From: an uncultured Verrucomicrobiae bacterium
Lineage (GTDB): Bacteria; Verrucomicrobiota; Verrucomicrobiia; Chthoniobacterales; JAFAMB01
Length of the DNA stretch: 64,000 bases
Assembly: GCA_963837955.1 (NCBI GenBank)
Contig: CAWIPH010000002.1
Location: 192,001-256,000, forward strand
Reading direction: 5' to 3'
Every line of letters begins with the position of its first letter. Position 1 is the first letter of the stretch. Made by a program: the position numbers and the translations under genes. This document shows, one piece after another, positions 41,814 through 53,817 of this stretch. The notes below the pieces were generated by a model. That model was given only the letters and a program-made list of their open reading frames with translations. It had not been told where the DNA came from and did not search any database.

Positions 41814-44800
41814 CTATTTTGTTCGGATTGTGCCGTGATATTTCTGGAGCGGAGAAACGCTAATTCCTTTAGTCTGGATGGCACGGATCGCTCGAATGCT
41901 CGCCTCCATGCCGCTGATAGTCGTCAGGATCGGAATCCGTTGGGCAACCGCCAAACTGCGAATCTGGATCTCATCCTTCCTGGGCACTGTGCCGCTCGGA
42001 GTATTGATAATGAGATCGATCTTCCCGTTCTTCATCAGGTCGAGTACATGCGGGCGCCCTTCGGCCAGTTTAAACAGATGCTTCACCGGCAAATGTGCCG
42101 AAGCCAACGCTTGAGCAGTGCCACTGGTAGCGAATAAGTTGAAACCAAGGTCGATCAATTCTTTGGCTAGCCGAACGACTTCAGGTTTGTCGCTATCTTT
42201 TACGCTTACAAAAACATTCCCTTTGCTTGGTAGAGGAGGTTGAGCCGCCATCTGTGACTTGGCATACGCCAGACCCAGATCATCGGCAATGCCCATGACT
42301 TCGCCGGTAGATTTCATTTCCGGACCAAGCATGATGTCGATGCCGGGGAAGCGGATGAAAGGGAAGACAGCCTCTTTAACCGAGAAATGTTGCGGCAAGA
42401 TCTTCTCCGTAAATCCCAGGTCGTGGAGTGATTTTCCAGTCATCACCTTCGCGGCGAGCTTCGCTAATGGGACACCTAGCGCTTTGCTGACGAAAGGAAC
42501 GGTCCGCGAGGCACGGGGATTTACCTCCAGAACATAAACTTCCTCATCTTTGACAGCGAATTGGACGTTCATTAGCCCACGCACTGAAAGCTCCTTTGCC
42601 ATCGCCTTGGTCGCATCTTCGATTGTGGAAATGACGTTCTCTGAAAGCGAAAATGCCGGGATCACGCAGGCGCTGTCACCGCTGTGAATTCCTGCTTCTT
42701 CGATGTGCTGCATCACAGCACCGATGACTACAGTTTCGCCATCGGAAATGCAGTCGACATCTACCTCGATCGCGTCGTCCAGGAAACGGTCTACCAGAAC
42801 CGGCCGTTCCGGGCTCGCTTCTACGGCCGTTCGAATGTAACGGCGGAGGTCTTCTTCCTGGTAAACGATTTCCATCGCTCGACCACCGAGAACAAATGAA
42901 GGGCGCACCAATACCGGATAGCCAATCGATCGCGCTACTTTGACAGCCTCTCCTTCGTCGACGGCGGTACCGCTCGGCGGCTGATTCAATCCCAGACGTT
43001 GCAGGAGCGCAGAAAAATGTTTTCGATCCTCGGCCATCTCGATGTTTCGTGGTTGGGTGCCGATGATATTCACTCCGTTAGCCTGCAAGTCGGCGGCGAG
43101 ATTCAACGGAGTTTGACCGCCAAACTGGACGATCGCGGCCCAACATTTCTCTTGCTGATAGATGCTCAACACGTCTTCGAGCGTCAGCGGCTCGAAATAC
43201 AGCTTGTCGCTCGTATCGTAGTCGGTGGATACGGTTTCAGGATTGGAATTCACCATGACCGTCTCAAACCCTTCCTCTTTGAGTGCGAACGCTGCGTGGA
43301 CGCAGCAGTAGTCAAACTCTATCCCTTGTCCAATGCGGTTTGGCCCGCCACCGAGAATCATCACTCGTCGACGATCACTTGCTCGGATCTCGTTCTCTTC
43401 TCCGTAGGTGGAGTAGTAATACGGCGTATGGGCTTCGAACTCGGCGGCACACGTATCCACGAGTCGATAGGTTGGTAATATCGATTTCGCGTGTCGTTCT
43501 TCCCGCACCTCCGCTTCGGTACGGCCAGTCAGATACGCGATCTGACGATCGGAATAGCCTAAGCGTTTGGCCGCACGCAGCGAAAGAGTGTTCGAACGAA
43601 TGCCGGATTCGGCATCTACCAGAACGCGGAGATTTTCTAGAAACCAGGGGTCGATCCCAGTCAGTTCCTGGATACGTGTTACACCGAAACCTGCTTGCAG
43701 GGCGTATCGGATAAAAAAGATTCTATCCCAGGACGGATTCAGGAGCTTACGTTGGATTTCTTCGCCATCCCATTCGCCATTTTCCGTTCGGGGTTCGCGA
43801 TCCTTTCCATCTGCCCCGAATCCGAATCTTCCAATTTCCAGAGACCGAATCGCTTTCTGAAATGCTTCTTTAAAGGTTCGGCCTATGGCCATGGCCTCGC
43901 CGACGCTCTTCATTTGCGTGGTCAACGTCGGATCGGCTTGCGGGAACTTCTCGAAGGTAAAGCGCGGAATCTTTACCACGCAGTAATCGATGACCGGCTC
44001 AAAACTAGCCGGCGTCTCTCGCGTAATATCGTTGCGAATTTCGTCTAGCGTATAACCGACGGCCAGTTTGGCGGCAATTTTAGCGATCGGAAAGCCGGTT
44101 GCCTTCGAAGCGAGAGCGGAAGAGCGTGAAACGCGCGGGTTCATCTCGATCACAACCATTCGCCCGTTTTTTGGATTCACAGCGAATTGTATATTCGAGC
44201 CTCCGGTCTCTACGCCGATTTCGCGGATCACTGCAAACGAAGCATCTCGCATCAATTGATATTCGCGATCGGTCAACGTCTGCGTCGGGGCCACGGTGAT
44301 CGAATCACCGGTGTGAATGCCCATCGGATCAAAATTCTCGATCGAGCAAATGACCACGCAATTGTCTGCGCGATCGCGCATCACCTCCATCTCAAACTCC
44401 TTCCAGCCGAGTAGTGATTCTTCGATGAGTACCTCACGAACGGGCGACTGTTCTAGCCCGCGATGGACGATCTCCTCAAATTCCTCGCGATTGTAAGCGA
44501 CGCCGCCTCCGGCGCCTCCCAAAGTAAATGCGGGACGAATGATGAGCGGGAATGAACCGATTTGGCCGGCCACCGAATGAGCCTCAACCTGGTCACGGGC
44601 GATTCCGGAACGCGCCACATCAAGTCCGATTCGTTGCATAGCGTTCTTGAAGAGCTGGCGATCTTCTCCTTTAGCGATGGCTGCCGCATTGGCGCCGATA
44701 AGTTTCACTCCATAGCGAGTGAGCGTTCCGCGCCGGTGCAACTCCATCGCGGTGTTAAGCGCGGTCTGGCCACCAAGTGTCGGCAACAACGCATCCGGTC

Positions 44801-45044
44801 GTTCCTGGGCGATAATTAGCTCAACGATCTCGGGAGTAATCGGCTCGATGTAGGTACTCGTAGCGAACTCCGGATCGGTCATGATTGTGGCCGGATTCGA
44901 ATTAACTAGGACAACCTCATAACCTTCTTCCAGCAAAGCTTTGCAGGCCTGCACTCCGGAATAATCAAATTCGCAGCCTTGCCCGATAACGATCGGTCCG
45001 GACCCAATCAGCAAGATTTTGTGGAGATCGGCGTTTTTAGGCAT
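41814..45044 (-). CDS. carB: Carbamoyl-phosphate synthase large subunit
   Basis: [17 protein letters not shown], two ATP-grasp halves and an MGS domain; ATG at 45044. Confidence 0.97.
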   Translation of the reverse strand: MPKNADLHKILLIGSGPIVIGQGCEFDYSGVQACKALLEEGYEVVLVNSNPATIMTDPEFATSTYIEPITPEIVELIIAQERPDALLPTLGGQTALNTAMELHRRGTLTRYGVKLIGANAAAIAKGEDRQLFKNAMQRIGLDVARSGIARDQVEAHSVAGQIGSFPLIIRPAFTLGGAGGGVAYNREEFEEIVHRGLEQSPVREVLIEESLLGWKEFEMEVMRDRADNCVVICSIENFDPMGIHTGDSITVAPTQTLTDREYQLMRDASFAVIREIGVETGGSNIQFAVNPKNGRMVVIEMNPRVSRSSALASKATGFPIAKIAAKLAVGYTLDEIRNDITRETPASFEPVIDYCVVKIPRFTFEKFPQADPTLTTQMKSVGEAMAIGRTFKEAFQKAIRSLEIGRFGFGADGKDREPRTENGEWDGEEIQRKLLNPSWDRIFFIRYALQAGFGVTRIQELTGIDPWFLENLRVLVDAESGIRSNTLSLRAAKRLGYSDRQIAYLTGRTEAEVREERHAKSILPTYRLVDTCAAEFEAHTPYYYSTYGEENEIRASDRRRVMILGGGPNRIGQGIEFDYCCVHAAFALKEEGFETVMVNSNPETVSTDYDTSDKLYFEPLTLEDVLSIYQQEKCWAAIVQFGGQTPLNLAADLQANGVNIIGTQPRNIEMAEDRKHFSALLQRLGLNQPPSGTAVDEGEAVKVARSIGYPVLVRPSFVLGGRAMEIVYQEEDLRRYIRTAVEASPERPVLVDRFLDDAIEVDVDCISDGETVVIGAVMQHIEEAGIHSGDSACVIPAFSLSENVISTIEDATKAMAKELSVRGLMNVQFAVKDEEVYVLEVNPRASRTVPFVSKALGVPLAKLAAKVMTGKSLHDLGFTEKILPQHFSVKEAVFPFIRFPGIDIMLGPEMKSTGEVMGIADDLGLAYAKSQMAAQPPLPSKGNVFVSVKDSDKPEVVRLAKELIDLGFNLFATSGTAQALASAHLPVKHLFKLAEGRPHVLDLMKNGKIDLIINTPSGTVPRKDEIQIRSLAVAQRIPILTTISGMEASIRAIRAIQTKGISVSPLQKYHGTIRTK

Positions 45045-45225
45045 GAAGCTTCGCAGGTTATCGGCAGGACCTAAAAGTGCAAATGATACCGAATTTGGGG
45101 CAGAGAATCGCCGCGGAACCCGCCGGCACATCCCGATAGGCGGTCAATCATCAGGCGCAACCTGCCTCCCCACGCACGGAAAAGACGTGCATGCTCTTTC
45201 TGGGCAAAAATCGAACCCGAAAAAG

Positions 45226-45456
45226 TTAGAGCTTTTCTTCTAGGTCTACGATGCGGCTGAGGGCGTCCACAAAATCTCGGAAACCGCTAGCCGGCAGCAT
45301 GATGGTATCGCGCCTCCCGCTCACGTCCTCGGTGATCTTGAGAAAGCGCCCACGTTGATTCTCTTTCAGATCTAGGAAAAAAACTTTGCGATCCACCTGA
45401 ATTTTTTCGGAGGCAAGAGGATCATCGGATCTGTGGGATGTATTACTGTTAATCAT
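45226..45456 (-). CDS. PUR-alpha-like (single PUR repeat) nucleic-acid-binding protein
   Basis: KVFFLDLKENQRGRFLKITE...RDTIMLP matches the PUR repeat pattern. Confidence 0.85.
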   Translation of the reverse strand: MINSNTSHRSDDPLASEKIQVDRKVFFLDLKENQRGRFLKITEDVSGRRDTIMLPASGFRDFVDALSRIVDLEEKL

Positions 45457-45621
45457 AACCTTCTAAACCTTCTGGCACCCCGAGCGAGTACCAACTTATT
45501 TACCCGATCCCATATAAGGAGACTTTCTGAACAATTCGAAAATTCGGCTCGTTTATCATTGGGCTTTGACGCGGGGAAAATTCAGAAATTAGAAGCTAAT
45601 TTAGAAAGTTTGCAACGAATT

Positions 45622-46587
45622 CTAGGCTAGGCCTACGGCCGTTCGCACCTTTCGTATTGTTTTCTCCGCGACGCCGGCAGCCCGATTGGCTCCAGCTCTC
45701 AAAACGCCGTCCACGTAGTGGACGTCTGCCTCCAATTCGGCTCGCCGCGCCCGCATTGGAGCAAAAGTTTCCCAAATGATTTCGAATAGCTGTTTTTTGA
45801 ACTCGCCGTAACCGGTCCCGCCCGCTCGAAAAGAGTTTTCCATGGAAGCGATCTGCTCAGGGGAGGCAAAAAGACGGTAAAGCTGAAGAATGGTCGAGTT
45901 GGTGGGATCTTTCGGCGCATCCACCGGAGTCGAATCGGTCACAATGCTCATCACTTTCTTGCGAATGAGCTTTTCCGGGCCAAAAATTTCAATCGCATTG
46001 TCGTAGCTCTTACTCATTTTTTGTCCATCTAGGCCAACGACAGTTGCCACCTCGTCGCGAATCAGTGGTTCGGGCAGCTTCAGAGTGGAACCGTAAGTCT
46101 CATTAAATTTGATCGCGATATCGCGAGCGAACTCGAGATGCTGTTTTTGATCCTTCCCTACGGGCACGACGTCTGCGGAGTAGAGCAGGATGTCCGCCGC
46201 CATCAGGACCGGGTAGGCGAACAGCCCGTGAGAAGAGGGAATGCCCCGGGCTGTCTTGTCCTTATAGGAATGGCTTCGCTCCAAAAGACCCATTGGTGTC
46301 ACCGTACTCAATATCCAGGTGAGCTCGGTCACGACCGGCACGTCGGATTGCCGAAAAAAACAGGCTTTATCGGGATCCAATCCGCAAGCTAGAAAATCAA
46401 GTGCGACTCCTCGGACGTGCTCCCGGAGAGCGGCTGGATCCTGGAGCGAGGTCAGAGCGTGATAATCTGCGATGAAATAGAATGCTTCGCCCCGATTCTG
46501 AAGCTCTACCGCCGGTTTAAGCGCTCCAAAATAATTTCCAATGTGGAGGGCTCCAGACGGCTGAATACCAGTTAAATACCGAACCAT
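45622..46587 (-). CDS. trpS: Tryptophan--tRNA ligase
   Basis: TGIQPSGALHIGNY, YPVLMAADIL, VPVGKDQKQH and KMSKS. Confidence 0.97.
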   Translation of the reverse strand: MVRYLTGIQPSGALHIGNYFGALKPAVELQNRGEAFYFIADYHALTSLQDPAALREHVRGVALDFLACGLDPDKACFFRQSDVPVVTELTWILSTVTPMGLLERSHSYKDKTARGIPSSHGLFAYPVLMAADILLYSADVVPVGKDQKQHLEFARDIAIKFNETYGSTLKLPEPLIRDEVATVVGLDGQKMSKSYDNAIEIFGPEKLIRKKVMSIVTDSTPVDAPKDPTNSTILQLYRLFASPEQIASMENSFRAGGTGYGEFKKQLFEIIWETFAPMRARRAELEADVHYVDGVLRAGANRAAGVAEKTIRKVRTAVGLA

Positions 46588-46710
46588 GCAAAATCGATAC
46601 CACCATCGGTGAAATAGCCAATAGCAGATAGCAGATAGCCGAGAAAATCACAGATGTACAAGCCCCGGGTTACGCCGGTACGCCTTTTTCATTTGGCTAT
46701 TGGCTATCGG

Positions 46711-47991
46711 CTATTGGTCATCATTTCTCTCCCAGCGTTGTAGCAACATCTTTTCCTGGTCGAGAAAATTTTGCCAGAGCTCCCGATGCTTCGGCTCGTA
46801 ACGCTGATCTTGGAAATCGGCCATCTTTTGCCTGATTAAGATCAATTGCTCCAAGTGCGGGCTTTCTTCCAAGTAGACCTCGCGGAGAAAGCGAGCTGCT
46901 GCGGCATCTCGCTCCCACAATACTCCGAAGGAATTCACGAAATCGGCCGCGTATTGCAGATCGCCTCTCTCGTTGTGTTGCCAGATTTCCGGCGATGGTT
47001 CCGGCAGATCTAACAAAAGAGGAGCGAGGTATAGGTTTTGGGCCATCCCGCGGCGATACCGGAACGCGGAGCTTTTTTCTTCATCAGAATCGAAAAGCAC
47101 GAGACCCCATCCAAAACAGAACCCGGGCTCCTCCAGATCGTCGACAAATTTTTGCGCATACCAGTCGAAAAATTCTCGAGCCTGTTCCGCTTGGCCTGCC
47201 AACAACTGAAGGAGCGGCAGAAGAAAACGAATCCCGGAATGATCGGTTGGATTTTCGAGGACTGTTTCTTCGCCGATAGCAATCGCTTGAGGAAGGTCGC
47301 CTTTTTGCCAGGCAGCGAGAATTCTGCCGTGTTGAGCCCGAACATAGCAGCTCGATTCTCCAGGCGTATGAAATGGAGCAGCAACTTCTGCTGCGGCAGA
47401 AAATTTCTCGGTCGCAGAATCGATATTCCCCTCTTGCAGCTCAAGGTCCGCGAGTTCGACTAACGCCTCCGGAAGGTCTTCAGCCAGTTCCAGAGCCTTG
47501 GTCAACAGGGCGCGTTTCTTTTCGGGAGATCGCACATGCTTAACTGCGCGGACCAGGCCGTGGGCCAGAAATCCCGGGCCGTGAGTCAGCAGCAAATTCT
47601 GAGCGGAACCGGTGATGAGGCCACTGATCTGAGATTGAATTGGATTGTCCTCTTCTTGCACAGACTCCCCCTCTTCAATATCTACCAGATTGATCTCGCA
47701 ATGGTATTCTCGAGATAAGCTTTGCCAGACTGATTCGTCCCACTCTTCAAAATCAGGGATTTGCAGTTCATCGGGAACGCCCTTTTCTTGAAAAAGCCGA
47801 TGAAGCAGAAGCTCCGCTCGCCGCTGATCAGTTTCTCTGACAAACTCGTGACCAATTAACATCGCACTGTGGCGATGAACCACATACAGGCAGGTTGGCA
47901 ACATCACCAGCGACCCGAATTGAATTGGTACGTTGAGATCGAACCAATTAAAGCTCCAGATTTCTTTGGTCGCGCGGAGCGGCTGGATCAT
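46711..47991 (-). CDS. Hypothetical protein with TPR-like repeats
   Basis: 426-aa ORF with helical repeats (LELAEDLPEALVELA; ENPTDHSGIRFLL). Confidence 0.75.
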   Translation of the reverse strand: MIQPLRATKEIWSFNWFDLNVPIQFGSLVMLPTCLYVVHRHSAMLIGHEFVRETDQRRAELLLHRLFQEKGVPDELQIPDFEEWDESVWQSLSREYHCEINLVDIEEGESVQEEDNPIQSQISGLITGSAQNLLLTHGPGFLAHGLVRAVKHVRSPEKKRALLTKALELAEDLPEALVELADLELQEGNIDSATEKFSAAAEVAAPFHTPGESSCYVRAQHGRILAAWQKGDLPQAIAIGEETVLENPTDHSGIRFLLPLLQLLAGQAEQAREFFDWYAQKFVDDLEEPGFCFGWGLVLFDSDEEKSSAFRYRRGMAQNLYLAPLLLDLPEPSPEIWQHNERGDLQYAADFVNSFGVLWERDAAAARFLREVYLEESPHLEQLILIRQKMADFQDQRYEPKHRELWQNFLDQEKMLLQRWERNDDQ

Positions 47992-48149
47992 ACGGCAAGA
48001 GGATCAATAGCAACAAACCGATAACAAATGGCAGATGACAAATGGCAAATGACGCAAGCGCGGCAAAGCGTCTGTGCGATGATCCAGCCGTTTGTTATCT
48101 GTCATTTGTTATTGGTCGTTCGTCATGGGGTATTCCACTCATGGGACCT

Positions 48150-48683
48150 TTACCACAAAGTAGGGATCCGCTGCCGGCGATTGAATTTATCGGTATAAAA
48201 GATCTCCCTATTGGCCGTTCCAAACTCGTGCACTAAGCGCGTGACCTTTACATCGAAACAACAATACTCAGCGATTTCAAGGACCCGTTTTTCCCGCCAC
48301 CACTTGATCGCATCGATCCCATACCCGGTTTTCCCAATACCGAGCGTAGCTTGGGCGATATTGTCCAATTTCGGCCGGCCGCCCAAGTTCTTCTCAACTT
48401 CGACCAAAAGGTCCAGCGTGCGCAACTGGTGCGGGAGATCCAGTATGGTGTATCCCATCAAGACCTCGAAATCGAAATTCATAATATTAAAGCCGACGAC
48501 TAGGTCGGCTCGCAGCAACTGATGAACAAGCTCATTGACCCGTTGTTCTGAATATATTCGGTATTGGCGCAATTTAGTGCTGTAAGTCACTCCGACAGAC
48601 ATCCCCATATCTCGTTTCTTATCCCATCCGCCGGCGTCGTTTGCGGTTCGCTGGGTTTCCAAATCGAAATAAACAATATCCAT
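48150..48683 (-). CDS. RNase H-like (DEDD, YprB-like) exonuclease domain protein
   Basis: YFDLETQ, VGFN..NFD, KLDNIA and YCCFDVKVT. Confidence 0.85.
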   Translation of the reverse strand: MDIVYFDLETQRTANDAGGWDKKRDMGMSVGVTYSTKLRQYRIYSEQRVNELVHQLLRADLVVGFNIMNFDFEVLMGYTILDLPHQLRTLDLLVEVEKNLGGRPKLDNIAQATLGIGKTGYGIDAIKWWREKRVLEIAEYCCFDVKVTRLVHEFGTANREIFYTDKFNRRQRIPTLW

Positions 48684-48784
48684 ACTTAGCCAACAGAATA
48701 CGGGAATAGAGTAGTTAGGGTTAACTGTGAAGTGCGCAGCGGGTTAGCGATCAGGGGTTCCTGCAACCCGAAACGCCCGATCGG

Positions 48785-50284
48785 CTAGTCAAAGCTTCCG
48801 GCGTCAAACCGATAAAGATTTTCTAGGCCCGTTACCCGGTATTCGGCGACGACCGAACCGTCGGAAACGAAAACCCGCAAACCATGTGACCCATCGATCG
48901 TCCATTTGGTTTGAACGATGTTTTTAGTTTTCGCCACCTGCAATAGCGGCAAGCCGTCGCTACTGGAAATCCAGGCTTCGGCTTCGTCAGCAGTTACGAC
49001 CAGAGAAATGCTTCCGGTCGCTCCGTTATCCAAAGGATTCTCCGCGAGCAGCATCGGGACTGCTGTTGATTCGTTTTTTGCGGGAGACGCGATCACCTGT
49101 CCATCCTTGATGTCGAAATAACGGAACGGCATTAAGGAACGATCTAGCCACTTTTGCCAGACTGATTGCTGACCCCTTGAATCTTGGAAATGCAGACCAA
49201 CGACTCGCTCTCCCGGACTCAGATCGACCGTTAATAATAGGTCCTCTTCGTCTCGGGAACCGCATAATTTCCGAGTGCTCTGTAAATCTGGCGGCAGGTC
49301 AAGCTCTTGAATGCGCTGCCCGGAGAGATCAACTTGACGAAGGAGCAGCTTGGAGTCCGCTCGCAGGAGGAGCCAGATAGTGTCTCCTTTGCCGGCGCTC
49401 ACGTCCAAAAGTTGTCCAGTCTCACCGGCAGCAATTGGCAGGAAATGGCTGTCCTGATATTTCCACAGTTTCCCATCCGGGCTAGCTACCACCGCGGTTG
49501 AGTCGAGCTGTGCGCAGTAAGCCAAATTCTCACTGGGCGGCGTTGTGCCTTGATCGGAAGCATCGCCGGAAGAGTGCACCTGGTGGTCGGCGATGACGAT
49601 CCATTTTCCGCGCCACTGGTCCGCATCCCGAAGATCGGTGTACGACTTTTCTGCGACCGAGTTACCGGTCGTTGGATCTATTTGCACCAGGCGATCGCCG
49701 CAGACCGCAAGAATGCGCGACCCATCATATTTTATGCTGTTGGTACCGGTGGGCAAAGCAACAGCACGATTCTTCCCGTTTCCGGTATCAACCAAAAGTG
49801 CCCTGCCTGTTTCAATCTCTGCGAACGCGCAAACGGATTTTCCGTTGAGGAATGCAGCACCCAAAATTCGCTTTGCTTGAGCCGCTCCGTTTGTTTCGAC
49901 CCAATCGTTCAAATGGTAGGCCTCGCCAGAAACATTCACTTCACCCACCAGGATGCCGCGAGCCGAATACTTTCCTGCCGGCACCGGATTGCCATTAGCA
50001 TCCTTGCCGTCCCAGTCGATGAAGAGTCCATTTAAGCCGGACTTAAAACTATCGATATCCGCAGCCCGTTTTAGCACCCGAACCAACTTCCCGTCAGCAT
50101 TGTAGACGCCCAAACTAATGACACCTTCTTCCGGTGGGGGAAGAAACATCAGTTGATGGGTGCCGGCAGTTTCTTCATCGGTCTGTTCACTCCGGGCAGA
50201 GCAGAGCGGGCCCGCCCAAATGAGCGCAAGAACGCAGCCGAGAACAAATGATCTTCGCGGATACAGTGCGCCACCGTTAGACAT
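48785..50284 (-). CDS. Secreted hypothetical protein with FlgD-like Ig domain and beta-rich region
   Basis: Signal-like N-terminus, SLGVYNADGKLVRVL and WDGKDANGNPVPAGKY; ATG at 50284. Confidence 0.75.
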   Translation of the reverse strand: MSNGGALYPRRSFVLGCVLALIWAGPLCSARSEQTDEETAGTHQLMFLPPPEEGVISLGVYNADGKLVRVLKRAADIDSFKSGLNGLFIDWDGKDANGNPVPAGKYSARGILVGEVNVSGEAYHLNDWVETNGAAQAKRILGAAFLNGKSVCAFAEIETGRALLVDTGNGKNRAVALPTGTNSIKYDGSRILAVCGDRLVQIDPTTGNSVAEKSYTDLRDADQWRGKWIVIADHQVHSSGDASDQGTTPPSENLAYCAQLDSTAVVASPDGKLWKYQDSHFLPIAAGETGQLLDVSAGKGDTIWLLLRADSKLLLRQVDLSGQRIQELDLPPDLQSTRKLCGSRDEEDLLLTVDLSPGERVVGLHFQDSRGQQSVWQKWLDRSLMPFRYFDIKDGQVIASPAKNESTAVPMLLAENPLDNGATGSISLVVTADEAEAWISSSDGLPLLQVAKTKNIVQTKWTIDGSHGLRVFVSDGSVVAEYRVTGLENLYRFDAGSFD

Positions 50285-51860
50285 AATATTTCCAATCCAA
50301 ATTCGGAAAGAGATTGTCGCGGCCCTCGCACAGGGTGAGAAATTCTTCGTCGACGATGTTGCCTTTAAGTAAATCATACAGCCGGGTGAACCGAAGGATG
50401 TGGTCGCGGGTCCGCTTTGTGGCGTAATCTCTGGCCGTCCCGGTTTTCATCAGAAAGGCCCAATCGCTGGCCTGGGCAAGTAGAAGCTCTCTGGCCATCT
50501 GCCGAAGCACCCTTTCTTTCCATTGCGTCGGCTCTTTTGCTACTACTCTAGCCAATTCCGTCATTCGGCGAGCGGCGGCGTGAAGATGCGGGTAGATCCA
50601 AGCGTTCGACTGGTCCAACCAAACCTCCCAAAAACCTTTGTTCCCCCAGCTGGAAGGGCTGGGGGAAATGACTTGCAGCGTGTCATGGCTCTCCAGGTAG
50701 GCACTTGGCGTAGCGAGCTGGAAAACTTGCTGATCGTAGGCGGCTTTGCGTATCACGAAATCGAGAAAAATAGGTCCCTCATACCACCAGTGCCCGAACA
50801 GTTCGGCGTCGAATGGAGTGAGGATGATCGGATCGATGTTTGTCACATCAAGCAGATGCGAAAACTGTTTAACCCGATTTGAAACGAAATCGCCGGCGTG
50901 GTGGTCGGCTGCTCCGCGGGCCCAACCTGGAACGTAGTACTCTTTGTGGGGAGTGCGCCCGGTTATTCGGTGGTATTTGATGCCGGTAAATTTTCGGTGC
51001 CCGTCCGCAGGTAAGAACGGCCGCAAATACTCGATATCGAGATCGTAACCTGCATCCCGATAAAAATCCCGGTAGGCGGGATCACCCGGATACCCTTCCT
51101 GCGCGCTCCAGACCTGCTTGCTCGATTCCCGGTCTCGACCGAAGACCGCTGGACCCGCACCAGTAAAACAAGGCGCGTAGATAGCATATCGAGGGCGTGG
51201 GTTTCCAAACATCAACCCATGCGCGTCCAAAACGAACCAACGGATCTCCGCTTCTCGAAGATATTCTTCCAGTCCGGAAAAATAGGCGCACTCCGGTAAC
51301 CAAATCCCTCGGGGTGCGCGGCCGAATGATTCGCGGTATTGGTCACAAGCGATTCGGATCTGGGCGCGAACCGCTTCCGGCTGGGCAGCGAGGAGGGGCA
51401 AGAAACCGTGGGTCGCCGCGCAAGTGATTATCTCGAGGTATCCACTTTCCTGAAATCGGCGAAACGCCCCGACCAAGTCCCGATTCAGTCGATCGACATA
51501 TATTTCCTGACATTCCAAAAACCGCGTATGGTAAAGGCGAGCGAGGTGATTCAGCTCGGGAGTTCCCTGCGTGCGGACGATCTCCTCTTTGGCCAGCGCA
51601 ATGGCTCGACCGAGATATTTTAGATAACGTTCGCGGAGCAGCTCGTCGTCGAGCATCGCGCAGAGCGTCGGCGTCAAAGACATCGTGATTTGGAACGGCA
51701 CACCGTCGCGCACTAGACCCTCAAATACTTGCCAAAGGGGCAAATAGGTTTCGGTGATGGCCTCGAATAGCCAATCTTCTTCCAGGAAATCCGGATACTC
51801 TGGGTGTCGAACAAAAGGCAAATGGGCGTGGAGGAGGAGAGAAAAATATCCTTTTGGCAT
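50277..51860 (-). CDS. GH57 1,4-alpha-glucan branching enzyme (DUF1957)
   Basis: LHAHLPFV, ETYLP, GIWLPECAY, FDAELFGHWWYEG and AQASDWAF. Confidence 0.93.
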   Translation of the reverse strand: MPKGYFSLLLHAHLPFVRHPEYPDFLEEDWLFEAITETYLPLWQVFEGLVRDGVPFQITMSLTPTLCAMLDDELLRERYLKYLGRAIALAKEEIVRTQGTPELNHLARLYHTRFLECQEIYVDRLNRDLVGAFRRFQESGYLEIITCAATHGFLPLLAAQPEAVRAQIRIACDQYRESFGRAPRGIWLPECAYFSGLEEYLREAEIRWFVLDAHGLMFGNPRPRYAIYAPCFTGAGPAVFGRDRESSKQVWSAQEGYPGDPAYRDFYRDAGYDLDIEYLRPFLPADGHRKFTGIKYHRITGRTPHKEYYVPGWARGAADHHAGDFVSNRVKQFSHLLDVTNIDPIILTPFDAELFGHWWYEGPIFLDFVIRKAAYDQQVFQLATPSAYLESHDTLQVISPSPSSWGNKGFWEVWLDQSNAWIYPHLHAAARRMTELARVVAKEPTQWKERVLRQMARELLLAQASDWAFLMKTGTARDYATKRTRDHILRFTRLYDLLKGNIVDEEFLTLCEGRDNLFPNLDWKYYV

Positions 51861-52510
51861 GAAACTGGTTTTCGGAGGAAAAGGGGAAACAGAGACGCTC
51901 CGTCGTCTTGTAGCTGACTCTCTCGAATTGGGAAAGGAGTCAATGTGAAAGAATATTCTCCGGCAGGCCGCGGGAGAAACCAGGACTTATTCACAACAGG
52001 CTGTCAACGAAATCGGTCTCCGACATATGCAGAGGATTTATGCTATTTCTGGAAATTCAAAGAGATTGTCATCATTTGGCTCATTCCCAACGATCTTTCC
52101 CTCGGGCAATCCGAGACAATTCACTAGTTGTTCACAATGGAATTACAGCGTCGGAGACCACAATAGCGTCTTGCTGCGACCGTCAAGGGATCGGAGCCAT
52201 TCTGGCCGATCCGGCAGCGGTGGCTGTCCTCTTAGGTTGTTTTTTGCTCTGAGAGGTTCGCGCGTTCGGCCAGCCGGGTCAAAAACCGGAGCCGCCATTT
52301 GGTGTCCTCGAACGTTTGTTGCGACCGCGTCTTAATAAAGCAAGACCGATTGCTTCGGCGGGCAAATCCCTTGTTGGCATCTGCGATGTAACCGGACAGG
52401 CGCTGCTACCCAAGATTGGCGCCTATCCGTCCGCCATCGCCAACCCGCGACGGCCAACTTGGAAGGTGGATGTGATGTCCAATTGGGAGTGCGATCGCCG
52501 AAAACCAAAC

Positions 52511-53812
52511 CTAGACGAAGGCCAAAGAACTGAAATCACGCCCAAGCACTTTGGCAGCGGGAGCCTTGAGCCACTGATTCAATATCGTTGCGTAAACGGA
52601 ACGAAAATCGACGTTGTAAATCAAATCTCCTGCGTCCAATTGCTCCAGCGATGGCTGGCGACCGTAGATACCGGGTTTGACGTTACCACCGCAGATGAAC
52701 ATTGGCGCAGCGGTCCCATGATCGGTGCCTTTGCTGGCATTCTCCGCCACCCGGCGCCCAAATTCGCTGAAAGTGATCATCATTACCCGATCAAAGACCC
52801 CCTTGGTCTTCAGGTCTTGGCAGAACGCAGAAACGGCATTAGCAAGCTCGCCGAGCAAGCGGTTATGACTATTTTCCTGAGCGTTGTGCGTGTCATAGCC
52901 GCCTTGGCTGGCATAATATATTCGCGTCGGCAGTCCGCCCGTAATCAAGCGAGAAATTAGCGAGAGCGAATTACCAAGCTGGGTTTTCGGATAAGTAGTC
53001 TCCGGCTTCACCCGACGGAGGATTTCGGCGATTTTATCTGTGCCGATCTGCGCGTCCAAGGCGGTCCGCTGCAGGTATTCGACAGCCGTCATCCCTGAAC
53101 TATTTGGGCCGGCTAGTTCGCCAATCGAAGCTCCGGTAACCGTGTCGTGGTCGATGCCGTTAAGCTGATTGAACAGCGCCTGCTCCGAGGCATCCGACTC
53201 TTTGGCAAAACCCAGGCGTGAGCCTGGGCTGAAAGTGATCCCGGTTGGATTATCTGAGGTGAACGCCTGCGGAAGTTGGCCTCCCAAAGCGACTCCGACC
53301 GTTGCTCCCTCGCCAGAGCAGCAATTATCGAAATAGCGTCCCAGCCATCCGGTTCGAATAATTTTGTTTGTGTCTGAGGCGGTCTGCCAGATCTCGGTAG
53401 AACGGAAATGGGATCGATTAGGATTGGGGTAACCCACGCCCTGGAGCAACGCTAAATTGCCATTGTCGTACAGCGCCTTAAAGGGTGCCAAAGCCGGATT
53501 AAAGCCGACATGACCGTTCAGATTGAGCACCTTATCCTTGGCGATGCCTATACTTGGCCGAGCACGGTAGTATGCGTCATCCGCGTACGGGATAACGGCA
53601 TTTAATCCATCGTTGCCGCCGGCCAATTGGAGGACCACCAAAATCGGGTGATCTTTGCCGGTCGCGATTTGTCCAGAAGACTCCGCAGCTTGTGCGTCAA
53701 GAGCGCCGAACGTTCGTTCGATGAATACGGGGACCGTCCAACTCAGCGCGGCGCCGAGGACGGAGGTGCGCAAGAAATCGCGCCTGGTAACTACTGCCGG
53801 TTCTTGAGACAT
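52511..53812 (-). CDS. DUF1501 domain protein with Tat signal
   Basis: TRRDFL, GGNDGLN, NRSHFRS, GGYDTH, SEFGRR and GTDHG. Confidence 0.9.
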   Translation of the reverse strand: MSQEPAVVTRRDFLRTSVLGAALSWTVPVFIERTFGALDAQAAESSGQIATGKDHPILVVLQLAGGNDGLNAVIPYADDAYYRARPSIGIAKDKVLNLNGHVGFNPALAPFKALYDNGNLALLQGVGYPNPNRSHFRSTEIWQTASDTNKIIRTGWLGRYFDNCCSGEGATVGVALGGQLPQAFTSDNPTGITFSPGSRLGFAKESDASEQALFNQLNGIDHDTVTGASIGELAGPNSSGMTAVEYLQRTALDAQIGTDKIAEILRRVKPETTYPKTQLGNSLSLISRLITGGLPTRIYYASQGGYDTHNAQENSHNRLLGELANAVSAFCQDLKTKGVFDRVMMITFSEFGRRVAENASKGTDHGTAAPMFICGGNVKPGIYGRQPSLEQLDAGDLIYNVDFRSVYATILNQWLKAPAAKVLGRDFSSLAFV

Positions 53813-53817
53813 ACAAA

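Noticed and set aside
51900..52500. Possible gene or ncRNA between the GH57 and DUF1501 genes
   Set aside because: No convincing ORF, motif or extended structure was recognised. ORF 52316..52960 is mostly antisense to DUF1501.
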